A DNA stretch of 64,000 nucleotides from NCBI GenBank assembly GCA_032199065.1, contig JAVSCE010011590.1:236551-300550 (forward strand), given 5' to 3'. This stretch comes from Smutsia gigantea (Eukaryota). The notes below the pieces were generated by a model. That model saw nothing but the letters and a program-made list of their open reading frames with translations, did no database searches and had not been told where the DNA came from. The translations under genes were made by a program, and so were the position numbers. Positions 10,441-24,148 of this stretch are shown piece by piece (within the stretch, counting starts at the first letter, position 1; every line of letters begins with the position of its first letter).

Positions 10441-13400
10441 CATTCCCTCAGAACTTAGAAGCCACTTTATTTACTAAAGGCCCTCCTACCTATTAAAATC
10501 ATTCCTCTCTTCTAGTCAGTTTTATTGCACATTTCTTGTCCTGTAAAATTTTGATTCAACAGACATCTGTTAAGCATCTATTAAGTGCAAAGGATAGCAT
10601 GTAAATGTATAAAAATGCCCTCTCAAGGCTCTGTGGTCTCGTGAAGGAGACAGACATGTACAGAAGTCACAAAAATTATGAGGTGTGCTATATTCTACGA
10701 GGGAACAAAGTACAGGGTTATGTTGGGGGGGGACCTGGACCAACTTCCTGGAAGGTATAGACTTTGAACGGGGAAGGGCAGGCCTCTGATAAGAAGCTAA
10801 AGGGAGTGAGAGCCTGAGGAATATAAAAGCCATTGGTTTCACTGGACTTTTTCCTTCTTGGTGAATAATTACCTTTAGATTCACAGCTTGTGTTTCTGTT
10901 CAGGGTAAACATTGCCAGCTTCAAAACATCGCATGAGTTGTGATATATGGACAAGCACTGGACGCCCCAGAGAGGCCCCTCTGGGCCATCTGAAAGCCGC
11001 AGAAGCCAACCAGCAGGTCACAAGAACTTCAGGGCATTCTGCCTTCTGACTCCTCTCGTTCAAAACAACCCTGCTTTTGTCTCTGGCCTACTGATATTTC
11101 ATCTTCCTTCAAGGGAAGTTTCCCACTGTGAGCCCTCCTTCCCTGACCAGTCTCCCTTACCAGGTATGGTAGGATAAAGTAAGCCACAAATTCTTTGCTT
11201 CTCCTTCCACTGAGAAGCAGAGTCTAATTTCTCACTCCTTGAATCTGGGCTGACCTAGAGACTTACTTGACTGCTGTATGTAGTAGAAGTAACATTCTGG
11301 GACTTCTGAGGCTAAGTCAAAGGAAATTTGCACCTTCTGTCAATTTGGAATACTCCCTCTGGCAGTCCTGAGCTGCCAAGTAAGTCCAGCTACCCGAGAC
11401 TGACACAGAGAAAAGGCTACATGCATATGCTTCAGTTAACAGTCTCAGCTGAGCATAGCTTCCCAGACATCCCCCCCAGGGCACCAGACACGTGAACAAA
11501 GCTGTTTTGGGCACTTCCACAGTAGCCCATCTACCAGCCAAATTCAACAGAGTAACTTACATCAGTGACACGGAACAGAAGAAGCATCTAGATAAACCCT
11601 GCCTAAGTTTAAGTGAAACCAATGACATAAAATCATGAAAAATAGAGTGAAGTTGTTGTTTTAAGTCACTACTTAGGAGGGCAGTTTCCTATGAGGCATT
11701 AGATGACTGAGAACACTAGACCTGCAGTATTAAAGCTAATATGCATTAGATTATATTGTCATCATTCCACTCTCCTTAAACCTTTTAAATCACCCAATTC
11801 CTAACACATTGGTCACTGTGCAGTAGTTCAGTGGCAGAACTGCTCTTCTGCGAGGTGAATTACCTGAGGCAGATGTCAACCTGGCAAACATAGCTGCCTG
11901 GACAAGGGGACTCATATCCATGGAGTTGGTTACACTCCCTCATCATTCATTCAACACATACTTATTAATTGGTATCGTTAAATTAATCAGCATCCAAACC
12001 CACCCCTGGGATGTATGTGGTGAAGTCATGTTTCCCTAATTTCTGTACACCCCCAGCGTTAGGGTCAGCATCTACAAGGCAACAGTGTGGTGATCTGTAA
12101 AGTTTAGAACCCCCTCCCACACTTGTGCTCTAGAATGTGGTCTTTGTAATTGGAGAAATGGCCCAGTTTCTCAGCCTATAGAGGTATTGGGAAGAGGTCT
12201 TGATATAAGACAATGAATACATTAAATATATCATTCCCACCTATTCTTTTCTTTTTGCATAAAAATTTAACATGAAATTCCATACCCTCTTGGAACATTC
12301 GTTGAGGAGTATTAGCACTAAATTAACCCCTGCTGTCTAAAAGTCAGCCAACAGCTAACTTCAGCACTTGCTCCCAGCATATTAGCAAACACATGTTTGA
12401 ACAGACTAAGTGGCCAGAGGCCATTTTGGGTGGCCACATTCTAGATTTTTGGGCACAATAAAAACTCACCCAAATTAACACAAAAATTACTACGGGCCAG
12501 GCACGCTTGCTGGTCTCGTTATCAGAGTGTAGCCTCTGAGCTCCCTTAGTCACTCTCTGGAGGCTGCTGTGAGGTCTACTGGACCTGTGCAGACATTCGG
12601 GTGATGAGCAGCTGGCATTGTTACTTCGGCTTTTGTAAAGTCCACAAGAGAAAAAAGTGGGACCATCTGGTCTATGAGGGAGGCCACCAGGGCACGTATC
12701 ACGATGAGATGATCCCCTAGCACGTCCTCCTGTGATGGCCCTTAAAAAGGAGCTCTGTGCTGCAGACTAGTGATGCTAGATGCTCCGAACAGGGCCTGAG
12801 CAATCCTGCCTGGGGCTTACTGGCACATTTTAGTATTTGGAGACAAACAGCTGCTATCACTTTCCCAACTGCCCATTTATTTCTCACTGTACAGTTAGTC
12901 CAAAGGATTCGAAAGACATTCCCAGGTTGAAACTGCCTGTTAGACACAGCTAGGATGAGAGCACAAGTCTTTTGATTCTAGTCCAGCAGTTGGGCACAGT
13001 GACATCTGCTCCCTTTGATATCTGTTACCATTATTGCCTACAGAAGGCCACTGGGTGAAATGAACTGTTGTCCCAGAGGGTCATGAACACATTAAAAGAA
13101 TGTGTCAGCAGAAAGATGGTGGAGTGAGAGGTGAGACAGAGGCTTCCTCCTAAAACCGCATATAATATGAAAATATAACCAATACAACTACTCTTGAAAG
13201 AGCAACAGGAAAGAGGACTCCACGAACCTGCATACACATGGAGACAAGAGTAGACCTCACGGACCAGGGTAACATACTAAAGCTGTGTCCAGACAGATCG
13301 AAGCCCTTCCCCCACCCCTGCTCACTGGTGGGAGGAAGAGGAATGGAGCAGGGAGGGAGTGGAGATCTGGGACTCCTGAATATCGAACTCAACAGATCTG

Positions 13401-14163
13401 CTCTGGGAGCACAAACCTACATTTCATGGTGCTTGCATGATACTCTCCTAATTAGGGGGTTGGAAAGCTAAGAAAGACAGAATTCCTGGAGAGACTGAGA
13501 TTCCAGCTGCTTGTGGAAAGCAGGGATCCATATCTGGCTCTCTGGGACAAAAGAAAGGCAGGCACTCTGAGAGACTTCTTAACTAAGAAGCCCCTAGCAA
13601 GAGGGCTGCTAAAGGGGCAAGGATTGCACAGAGTTTACTGCTCAGGAGAAGGGTCAGGTAGACAAAATTGTCTGGGTGCACTCTGCCCAGCAGGTTGGGA
13701 GCTTTCACAATCTTCAGGTGCTCACTCCAGCTCCCTGGCTGCCTGCACAGCTCCAAGAACCCCTTGCATGATAGGCAGTCTACTGCGCCTTCTCCTGGCC
13801 AACCCCTCCAGGCTCGTAAACCTGGAAACCCTACCCTGGTGTTAGCCCAGCCAGGGGGAAGATCTGTCTATAGCAACTAAAAATGCAAAGCGCAGACGCT
13901 TATACCTGTGTGCTCGGCCCACTGGCTCAGGCAGTGGAGACAGGCATAGCAGCCGGGAAGCAGGAAACAGCTCTTTCCTCCCCCCAAGGCACCAGTACCA
14001 CTCCCCTGCAACCCCCGACATTGCTTCAGGGGCTGAGCAGCTCCAGAGAGTAGAGCTTCAGGACACTAGAGGGCGCCATACACAAATATGAAATGCCAAA
14101 GGAACCTGGTCCATAGTAAAATTATTAATACAACTCCTGAAAATATTTAAATGATATGACCTC

Positions 14164-14958
14164 ATGACTCTCCCTGAAAGGGAGTTTAAAATAAAAATCA
14201 TTAACATGCTCATGGAGGTACCGAAAGATATTCAAGAACTCAGGAATGAATTCCAGTCAGAAATCCAATCATTGAAGAACACAATGGATGGTATTAAAAG
14301 CAGGTTGGATACGGTGGAGGAGACGATAAATGAAATAGAAACTAGAGAAGACAAATACAAAGAAGCTGAGACACAGAGAGAAAAAAGGATCTCTAAGAAT
14401 GAAAGAATATTGAGAGAACTGTGTTTCCAATCCAAACAGAACAATATTTGCATTTTAGGGGTACCAGAAGAAGAAGAGAGAGAAAAAGGGATAGAAAGTG
14501 TCTTTGAGGAGGTAATTTCTGAGAACTTCCCCAATCTGGGGAAGGAGATAGTCTCTCAGGCCATGGAGGTGCACAGATCTCCCAACACAAGGAACCCAAG
14601 GAAGCCAACACCAAGACATATAGTAATTAAAATGGCAAAGATCAAGGATAAGGCCAGACTATTAAAAGCAGCCAGAGAAAGAAATAAGATCACATACAAA
14701 GGAAAGGCCATCAGGCTATCATCAGACTTCTCAGCAGAAACCTTACAGGCCAGAAGGGAGTGGCATGATGTATTTAATGCAATGAAGCAAAAGGGCCTTG
14801 AACCAAGAACACTTTATCTGGCAAGATTATCATTTAAATTTGAAGGAGGGATTAAACAATTTCAAGATAAGCAAAAGCTGAAATTGTTTAATTTACCACC
14901 CACAAACCATCTCTACAGTGTATTATGGAGGGAGAGCTATAGATGGAAGGGTTGCTAA
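14164..14958 (+). CDS. L1-A ORF1, intact at 264 aa, encoding ORF1p (N-terminal coiled coil, central RRM-like domain, C-terminal domain).
   Basis: Track ORF 14164-14958: MTLPEREFKIKIINMLMEV...ERILRELC...MAKIKDKARLLKAARE...LEPRTLYLARLSFKFEGG. Confidence 0.85.
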   Translation: MTLPEREFKIKIINMLMEVPKDIQELRNEFQSEIQSLKNTMDGIKSRLDTVEETINEIETREDKYKEAETQREKRISKNERILRELCFQSKQNNICILGVPEEEEREKGIESVFEEVISENFPNLGKEIVSQAMEVHRSPNTRNPRKPTPRHIVIKMAKIKDKARLLKAARERNKITYKGKAIRLSSDFSAETLQARREWHDVFNAMKQKGLEPRTLYLARLSFKFEGGIKQFQDKQKLKLFNLPPTNHLYSVLWRESYRWKGC

Positions 14959-16820
14959 GATTTAATAACTGTCACCAGAGGTAATAAAACCACAGTAAAG
15001 AAAGCAGAACAGCTAATTACTAAGAAAATGCAAAATTAAATTAACTATCCCCAAAGTTAATCAAAGGATAAACAAACACTACAGAACATGATACCTAATA
15101 TACAAAGAATGAAGAAGGAGGAAAAATAAGAACCTTTAGATTGTCTATGTAATAGCATATGAAGTGAGTTAAGTTAGACTCTTAGATAGTAAGGAAGTTA
15201 ACCTTGAACCTTTGGTAACCACGAATCTGAAGCCTGCAATGCCAATAAGTACATACCTATCCATAATCACCCTTAATGTAAATGGACTGAATGCACCAAT
15301 CAAAAGACATAGAGTCACTGAATGGATGAAAAAACAAGACCCATCCATATGCTGCCTACAAGAGACTCACTTTAAACCCAAAGACATACACAGACTAAAA
15401 GTGAAGGGATGGAAAAAGATATTTCATTCAACTAATAGGGAGAAAAAAGCAGGAGTTGCAGACTTACATCAGACAAAATAGACTTCAACACAAAGAAAGT
15501 CACAAGAGACAAAGAAGGACATTACATAATGATAAAAGGGTCAATCCAACAAGAAGATATAACCATTATAAATATCCATGCACACAACACAGGAGCTCCA
15601 ACATATGTGAAACAAATACTAACAGAATTAAAGGGGGAAATAGAATGCAATGGATTCATTCTAGGAGACTTCAACACACCACTCACTCAGAAGGACATAT
15701 CAACCAGACAGAAAATAAGTAAGGAGACAGAGGCACTGAACAACACATTAGAACAGATGGACCTAACAGACATCTACAGAACTCTACACCCAAAAGCAGC
15801 AGAATACACATTCTTTCCAAGTGCACATGGAACACTTTCAAGAATAGATCATATACTAGGCCACGAAAGGAGTCTTGGTAAATTCAAAAAGATTGAAATT
15901 TTACCAACCATTTTCTCAGATCACAAAGGTATGAAACTAGAAATGAATTATGCAAAGAAAATGAAAAAGCCCACAAACACATGTAGGTTTAATAACATGC
16001 TCCTAAATAATCAATGAATCAATGAGCAAATAAAAACAGAGATCAAGCAATATATGGAGACAAATGACAACAATAATTCAACACCACAAAATCTGTGCAA
16101 CGCAGTGATGGCCGTGCTAAGAGGAAGGTATAATGCAATACAGGTCTATCTCAGGAAAGAAGAAAAATCCCATATGAGAAGTCTAAACTCTCAATTAATG
16201 AAACTCGAAAAAGAAGAATAAATGAGACCCAAAGTCAGTAGAAGGAGGGACATAATAAAGATTAGAGCAGAAATAAATAAAATCGAGAGAATAAAACAAT
16301 AGAAAGGATCAACGAAAGCAAGAGCTGGTTCTTCGAGAAAATAAACAAATAGATAAATCCCTAGCCAGACTTACCAAGAAAAAAAGAGTCTACTCACATA
16401 AACAGAATCAGAAATGACAATGGAAAAATCACTACGGTCAGCACAGAAATACAAACAACTATTAGAGAATACTATGAAAAATTATATGCTAACAAACTGG
16501 ATAACCTAGAAGAAATGGACAATTTTCTAGAAAAATACAACCTTCCAAGGCTGACCCAGAAAGAATCAGAAAACCTGAACAGACCAATTACCAGCAACGA
16601 AATTGAACTGGTAATCAAAAACCTACCTAAGAACAAAATGCCGGAACCAGAAGGCTTCACCGCTGAATTTTATCAAACATTTACTGAAGACCTAATACTC
16701 ATCCTCCTTAAAGTTTTCCAAGGAGTAGAAGAAGAGAGAATACTTCCAAACTCATTCTATGAGGCCAGCATCACTCTAATACCAAAACCGGACAAAGACA
16801 CCACAAAAAAAGAAAACTAG

Positions 16821-16943
<123 letters not shown>

Positions 16944-18081
16944 TGATGGTTCAACATTCGAAAATCCATCAACATCATCCACCACATCAACAAAAAGGAC
17001 AAAAATCACATGATCATCTCCATAGATGCTGAAAAAGCATTTGACAAAATTCAATATCCATTCATGATAAAAACTCTCAACAAAATGGGTATAGAAGGCA
17101 AGTCCCTCAACATAATAAAGGCCATATATGACAAACCCACAGCCAACATTATACTTAACAGCAAGAAGCTGAAAGCTTTTCCTTTATGATCGGGAACAAG
17201 ACAGGGATGCCCACTCTCCCCACTTCTATTCAACATAGTACTGGAGTTCCTAGCCATGGCAATCAGACAACACAAAGAAATAAAAGGCAACCAGATTGGC
17301 AGGGAAGAAGTTAAATTGTCCCTGTTTGCAGATGACATGATATTGTACATAAAAAACCCTAAGGAATCCACTAAAAAGCTATTAGATCTAAGATCTGAAT
17401 TCAGCAAAGTTGTGAGATACAAAATTAATACACAGAAATCTGTGGCATTCCTATACACTAACAATGACCTAGCAGAGAGAGAAATCAGGAAAACAATTCC
17501 ATTCACAATTGCATCAAAAAGAATTAAATACCTAGGAATAAACCTAACCAAGGAAGTGAAAGACCTATACTCTGAAAACTACAAGACACTTGTGAGAGCA
17601 ATTAAAGAAGATGCCAATAAATGGAAACACATCCGGTGCTCATGGATAGGAAGAATTAATATTGTGAAAATGGCCATCCTGCCTAAAGCAATCTACAGAT
17701 TCAATGCAATTCCAATCAAAATGCAAACAGCATTCTTCAATGAACTAGAGAAAATTGTTCTAAAATTCATATGGAACCACAAAAGACCCCGAATAGCCAA
17801 AGCAATCCTGAGAAGAAGAATAAAGCTGGGAGGATTATGCTTCCCAACTTCAAGCTCTACTACAAAGCCACAGTACTCAAGACAATTCGCTACTGGCACA
17901 AGAACAGACCCATAGACCAATGGAATAGACTAGAGAGCCCTGATATAAACCCAACTATATATGGTCAATTAATATACGATAAAGGAGCCATGGACATACA
18001 ATGAGGAAATGACAGCCTTTTCAACAGCTGGTGTTGGCAAAACTGCACAGCTACATGCAAGAGAATGAAACTGGATTATTG

Positions 18082-18347
18082 TTATACGGGTAAATATAGT
18101 AACCACATTGTTTTTGCATGTGAAACCTTCATAAGAGTGTATATCAAGAAACCTTATTAAAAAAAAAGTCTTACATGATGGGACAGTCAGATTCAATGTA
18201 TGGCTCTTCATTCACTAATGTTCATAAAACCAACTGTGAATAATATTTGGTGAACAATAGGAAAATTTAAATATAGACTGACTATTAGATGACAGGAAGG
18301 AATTATTAATCATTTTATTAAATATGATAATGTTATGTTAAAAAAAA
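18082..18347 (+). mobile_element. Short 5'-truncated L1 insertion with a 3' transduction. It has about 86 bp of L1 3' terminus plus poly-A (18159-18167), then about 170 bp of non-L1 sequence ending in a second poly-A (18340-18347). It is flanked by a 15-bp TSD gaaactg[g/c]attattg (18067-18081 and 18348-18362) and is inserted inside the L1-A ORF2.
   Basis: The L1-A ORF2 reading ...MKLDYC | [16 protein letters not shown] resumes exactly after the second TSD copy. The insert begins with the L1 3' terminus ttatacgggtaaatatagtaaccacattgtttttgcatgtgaaaccttcataagagtgtatatcaag. Confidence 0.75.
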
Positions 18348-18731
18348 GAAACTGCATTATTGTTTAACCCCATACACAAAAGTAAACTCAAAATGGATCA
18401 AGGACCTGAAAGTAAGTTAGGAAACCATAACACTCTTAGAAGACAACATAGGCAAAAATCTCCTGAGTATAAGCATTAAGGACTTCTTTCTGAATGCATC
18501 TCCTCGAGCAAGGGAAACAAAAGCAAAAATGAACACATGGGACTACATCAAACTAAAAAGTTTCTGTATGGCAAAGGACACCATCAACAGACCAAAAAGG
18601 CATCCTACAGTATGGGAGAAGATATTTGTAAATGACATATTAGACAAGGGGTTAATATCCAAAATATATAAAGAATTACATGCCTCTACACCCAAAAAGC
18701 AAATAACCCAATTAAAAAATGGGCAGAGGAT

Positions 18732-21700
18732 TTAAAGATGGCGGTGTGAGAGGTGAGACAGAGGCTTCCTCCTAAAACCTCATATAATATGAAAATAAAG
18801 CTACTACAACTACTCTTGAAAGAGCAACGGAAAAGAGGATGGCAACAAACTGCATACACCTGGAGACAAGAGCAGCCCTCACAGAAAAGGGTAACTACTA
18901 AAGCTGTGGTCCTGCGGGATCCCAGCCCTTCCCCCACCCCAGCTCACCAGCAGGAGGAACAGGAACAGAGCAGGGAGGGAGTGGAGATGTGGGACTGCTG
19001 AATACCTAACTCTGGAGATCTGCTCTGGGAGCACAAACCTACATTTCATGGTGCTTGCATGATACTCTTGTAATTAGGGGGTTGGAAAGCTAAGACAGAC
19101 AGAATTCCTGGAGAGACTGAGATTCCAGCTGCTTGTTAAAGCAGGGATCCATATCGGGCTGCTCGGGGACAAAAGAAAGGCGGGCACTCTGAGAGACTTC
19201 CTAACAAAGAAGCCCTTAGCAAGAGGGCTGCTAAAGGGGCAAGGATTGCATGGAGCTTACTGCTCAGGAGAAAGGACAGGCAGACAAAATTGTCCGGGTG
19301 CACTCTGCCCAGCAGGGTGGGAGCTTTCACGATCTTCAGGTGCTCCAGCTCCCTGGCTGCCTACACAGCTCCAAGAACCCCTTCTGTGACAGGCGACTAG
19401 TGCGCCTTTCTTCTGGCCAGACCCACCGGGCGTGTAAACCTGGAAATCCTTCCCTGGTGTTAGGCCAGCCAGAGGGAAGATCTGTCTACAGCAACTAAAA
19501 ATGCAAAGCACAGAGGCTTATACCTGTGTGCTCAGCCCACTTGTTCAGGCAGTGGAGACAGGCATAGCAGCCAGCCCTTTCCTCCCCAGAGGCACCAATA
19601 CCAGTCCCCGGCAATTCCCGCATTGCTTCAGGGGCTGAGCAGCTCCAGAGAGTAGAGCTTCTGGGCACTAGAGGGCGCCATACACAAATATGAAACGCCA
19701 AAGGCATCTCGTCCAGAGTAAAATTATGAACACAACTCCTGAGAAAGATTTAAATGATATGGACCTTATGACTCTCCCTGAAAGGGAGTTCAAAATAAAA
19801 ATCATTAACATGCTCATGGAGGTACCGAAAGATACTCAAGAACTCAGGAATGAATTCCGGTCAGAAATCCAATCATTGAAGAACACAATGGATGGTATTA
19901 AAGGCAGATTGGATACGGTGGAGGAGACAATAAATGAAATAGAAACTAGAGAAGAGGAATACAAAGAAGCTGAGGCACAGAGAGAAAAAAGGATCTCTAA
20001 GAATGAAAGAATATTAAGAGAACTGTGTGACCGATCCAAACGGAACAATATTCGCATTATAGGGATACCAGAGGAAGAAGAGAGAGAAAAAGGGATAGAA
20101 AGTGTCTTTGAGGAGGTGATTGCTGAAAACTTCCCCAATCTGGGGAAGGAGATAGTCTCTCAAGCCATGGAGGTGCGCAGATCTCCAACACAAGGGACCC
20201 AAGGAAGACAACACCAAGACATATAGTAATTAAAATGGCAAAGATCAAGGATAAGGACAGACTATTAAAAGCAGCCAGAGAGAGAAATAGGATCACATAC
20301 AAAGGAAAACCGATTAGGCTATCATCAGACTTCTCAGCAAAAACCTTACAGGCCAGAATGGAGTGGCATGATGTATTTAATGCAATGAAGCAGAAGGGCC
20401 TTGAACCAAGATTACTTTATCCAGCAAGATTATCATTTAAATTTGAAGGAGGAATTAAACAATTCCCAGATAAGCAAAAGCTGAGAGAATTTGCCTCCCA
20501 CAAACCATCTCTACAGTGTATTTTGAAGGGACTGCTATAGACGAAAGTGTTCCTACAGATTAATAGCCATCACGAGAGGTAATAAAACCACAGTAAAGAA
20601 AATAGAACAGCTAATTACTAAGAAAATGCAAAATTAAATTAACTATCCCCAAAGTCAATCAAGGGATAGAAAAATCGTACAGAATATGATACCTAATATA
20701 CAAAGAATGGAAAAGAAAGAAAAAGGAGGAAGGGAACAAACAAACAAACAAAAAAGAACCTTTAGATTGTGTTTGTAATAGCATATTAAGTTAGTTGTTA
20801 GACTTTTAGATAGTAGGGAAGTTAACCTTGAACCTTTGGTAACCACAAAGCTGAAGCATGCAATGCCAATAAGTACATACCTATCCATAATCAGCGTAAC
20901 TGTAAATGGACTGAATGCACCAGTCAAAAGACATAGAGTCACTGAATGGATAAAAAAACAAGACACATCTATATGCTGCCTTCAGGAGACTCACTTTAAA
21001 CCCAAAGACATACACAGACTAAAAGTGAAGGGATGGAAAAAGATATTTTATGCAAACAACAAGGAAAAAAAGCAGGTGTTACAGTACTTGTATCAGACAA
21101 AATAGACTTCAAAACGAAGGAAGTAGCAAGAGATAAAGAAGGACATTACATAATGATAAAGGGGTCAGTCCAACAAGAAGATATAACCATTATAAATATA
21201 TATGCACCCAAAACAGGAGCGCCAGCATATGTGAAACAAATACTAACAGAATTAAAGGAGGAAATAGACAGCAATGCATTCATTTTAGGGGACTTCAACA
21301 CACCACTCACTCCAGAGGACAGATCAACCAGACAGAGAATAAGTAAAGACACAGAGACACTGAACAACACACTAGAACAGATGGACCTAACAGACATCTA
21401 CCGAACTCTGCACCCAAAAGCAGCAGAGTACACATTCTTCTCAAGTGCACATGGAACATTTTCCAGAATAGACCACATACTAGGCCACAAAAAGAACCTC
21501 AGTAAATTCAAAAATATTGAAATCCTACCAACCAACTTTTCAGACCACCAAGGTAAAAAACTAGAAATAAATTTTAGAAAGAAATCAAAACGGCTCACAA
21601 ATACATGGAGACTTAACAACATTCTCCTAACTAATCAATGGGTTAACGACCAAATCAAAACAGAAATCAAAGAATATATGGAGACTAATGACAACAACAC

Positions 21701-24148
21701 AAAGCCACAACTTCTGTGGGACGCAGCAAAGGCAGTTCCAAGAGGAAAGTATATTGCAATCCAGGCCTATTTACAGAAGGAAGAACATTCCCAAATGAAT
21801 AGACAAAAGACACAATTACTGAAATTGGAAAAAGAACAAATGAGGCCCAAAGTCACCAGAAGGAGGGACAAAATAAAGATCAGAGAAGAAATAAATAAAA
21901 TTGAGAAGAATAAAACAATAGAAAAAAATCAATGAAACCAAGAGCTGGTTCTTTGAAAAAATAAACAAAATAGATAAACCCCTAGCCAGACTCATTAAGA
22001 GAAAAAGAGAATCTACACACATAAACAGAATCAGAAATGAGAAAGGAAAAATAACGATGGACCCCACAGAAATACAAAGAATTATAAGAGAATATTATGA
22101 GAATCTATATGCTAACAAGCTGGAAAGCATAGAAGAAATGGACGACTTCTTTGAAAAATACAACCTTCCAAGACTGACCAAGCAAGAAACAGAAAACCTA
22201 AACAGACAAATCACCCGCAATGAAATTGAATCGGTAATCAAAAAACTACCCAAAAACAAAACCCCCGGACCAGATGGATTCATCTCTAAATTCTACCAGA
22301 CATATAGAGAAGATATAACACCCATTCTCCTTAAAGTTTTTCAAAAAACAGAAGAGGAGGGAATACTTCCAAACTCATCCTATGAAACCAGCATCACTCT
22401 AATACCAAAACCTGGCAAAGACCTCACCAAAAAAGAAAATTACAGACCCATATCCCTGATGAAAGTAGATGCAAAAATACTCAACAAAATATTAGCAAAC
22501 CGAATCCAAAAATACATCAAGAGGATCACACACCATGATCAAGTGGGATTCATCCCAGGGATGCAAGGATGGTACAACATTCGAAAATCCATCAATATCA
22601 TCCACCACATCAACAAAAAGAAGAACAAAAACCACATGATCATCTCCATAAATGCTGAAAAAGCATTTGACAAAATTCAGCATCCATTCCTGATTAAAAC
22701 TCTCAACAAAATGGGTATAGACGGCAAGTACCTCAACATAATAAAGGGCATATATGACAAACCCACAGCTAACATCATACTTAACAGCGAGAACCTGAAA
22801 GCTTTTCATCTAAGATCGGGAACAAGACAGGAATGCCCACTCTCTCCACTGTTATTCAACATAGTACTGGAGGTCCTAGCCACAGCAATCAGACAAAACA
22901 AAGACATACAAGGCATCCAGATTGGTAAAAAAGAAGTCAAATTGTCACTATTCGCAGATGACATGATACTGTACATAAAAAACCCTAAATACTCCACTCC
23001 AAATAATTCTAAAATTCATATGGAACCACAAAAGACTCCAAATAGCCAAAGGAATCCTGAGAAGGAGAAATAAAACAGGGGGAATTATGCTCTCTGACTT
23101 CAAGCTCTACTACAAAGCCACAGTAATCAAGACAATTTGGTATTGGCACAAAAACAGACCCACAGAGCAATGGAACAGAACAGAAAATCCAAACATTAAC
23201 CCAAACATATACAGTCAATTAATATTTGATAAGGGAGCCTTGGATACACAATGGGGAGTTGAGAGCCTCTTCAGCAGCTGGTGTTGGAAAAACGGGACAG
23301 CTACATGTAAGAGAATGAAACTGGACTACTGTCCAACCCCATACACAAAGGTAAACTCAAGGTGGATCAAAGACCTGAATGTAAGTCATGAAACCATAAA
23401 ACTCTTAGAAAAAAACATAGGCAAAAATCTCTTGGACATAAACATGAGCAACTTCTTCATGAACATATCTCCTTGGGCAAGGGAAACAAAAGCAAAAATG
23501 AACAAGTGGGACTATATGAAGCTGAAAAGCTTCTGTACAGCAAAGGACACCATCAGTAGAACAAAAAGACATCCTACGGTATGGGAGAACATATTCATAA
23601 ATGACGTATCCGATAAGGGGTTGACATCTAAAATACATAAAGAACTCATGCACCTTAACAAACAAAAAGCAAATAATCCAATTAAGAAATGGGCAGAGGA
23701 CATGAATAGACACTTCTCTAAAGAAGAAATTCAGAAGGCCAACAGGCACATGAAAAGATGCTCCACATCGCTAATCATCAGAGAAATGCAGATTAAAACC
23801 ACAATGAGATATCACCTCACACCAGTGAGGATGGCCAACATCCAAAACACAAACAACAACAAATGTTGGCGAGGATGTGGAGAAAAGGGAACCCTCCTAC
23901 ACTGCTGGTGGGAATGTAAATTAGTTCAACCATTGGGAAAAGCAGTATGTAGGTTCCTCAAAAAACTCAAAATAGAAATACCATTTGACCCAGGAATTCC
24001 ACTCCTAGGAATTTACCCTAAGAATACAGCAGTCCAGTTTGAAAAAGATAGATGCACCCCTATGTTTATATCAGCACTATTTACAATAGCCAAGAAATGG
24101 AAGCAACCTAAGTAATAAATAAATAAATAAACAAATAAATAAATAAAT
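18732..24148 (+). mobile_element. Nested LINE-1 (L1-B), about 5.4 kb, inserted into the L1-A ORF2 with a 14-bp TSD aatgggcagaggat (18718-18731 and 24149-24162). It has a 5'UTR, a broken ORF1 (19690-20226, 20235-20540) and an ORF2 in 4 or more frame pieces. It is 3'-truncated within ORF2 (...KWKQPK) and ends in (AAAT)n rather than a normal 3'UTR.
   Basis: It starts ttaaagatggcggtgtgagaggtgagacagaggcttcc. ORF2 pieces are at 20836-21105, 21033-21935, 22057-23073 and 23087-24115. The end is aagcaacctaag then taataaataaataaataaacaaataaataaataaat. Confidence 0.85.
24113..24148 (+). repeat. (AAAT)n microsatellite forming the 3' tail of L1-B.
   Basis: taataaataaataaataaacaaataaataaataaat. Confidence 0.8.

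Noticed and set aside
11815-11875. tRNA-like A-box (cagtagttcagtggcagaactgctc) suggesting a tRNA gene.
   Set aside because: No matching B-box or cloverleaf could be drawn. The context continues into an ancient SINE-like segment (cattcattcaacacatacttattaa), so this is most likely a tRNA-derived SINE head relic.
17051-17551. A minus-strand 166-aa ORF, plus many similar antisense ORFs across 14-24 kb and 52-63 kb.
   Set aside because: These are antisense to L1 ORF2 and ORF1. They are AT-rich low-complexity translations (Leu/Phe/Ile/Ser-rich) typical of reverse-strand L1, not genes.
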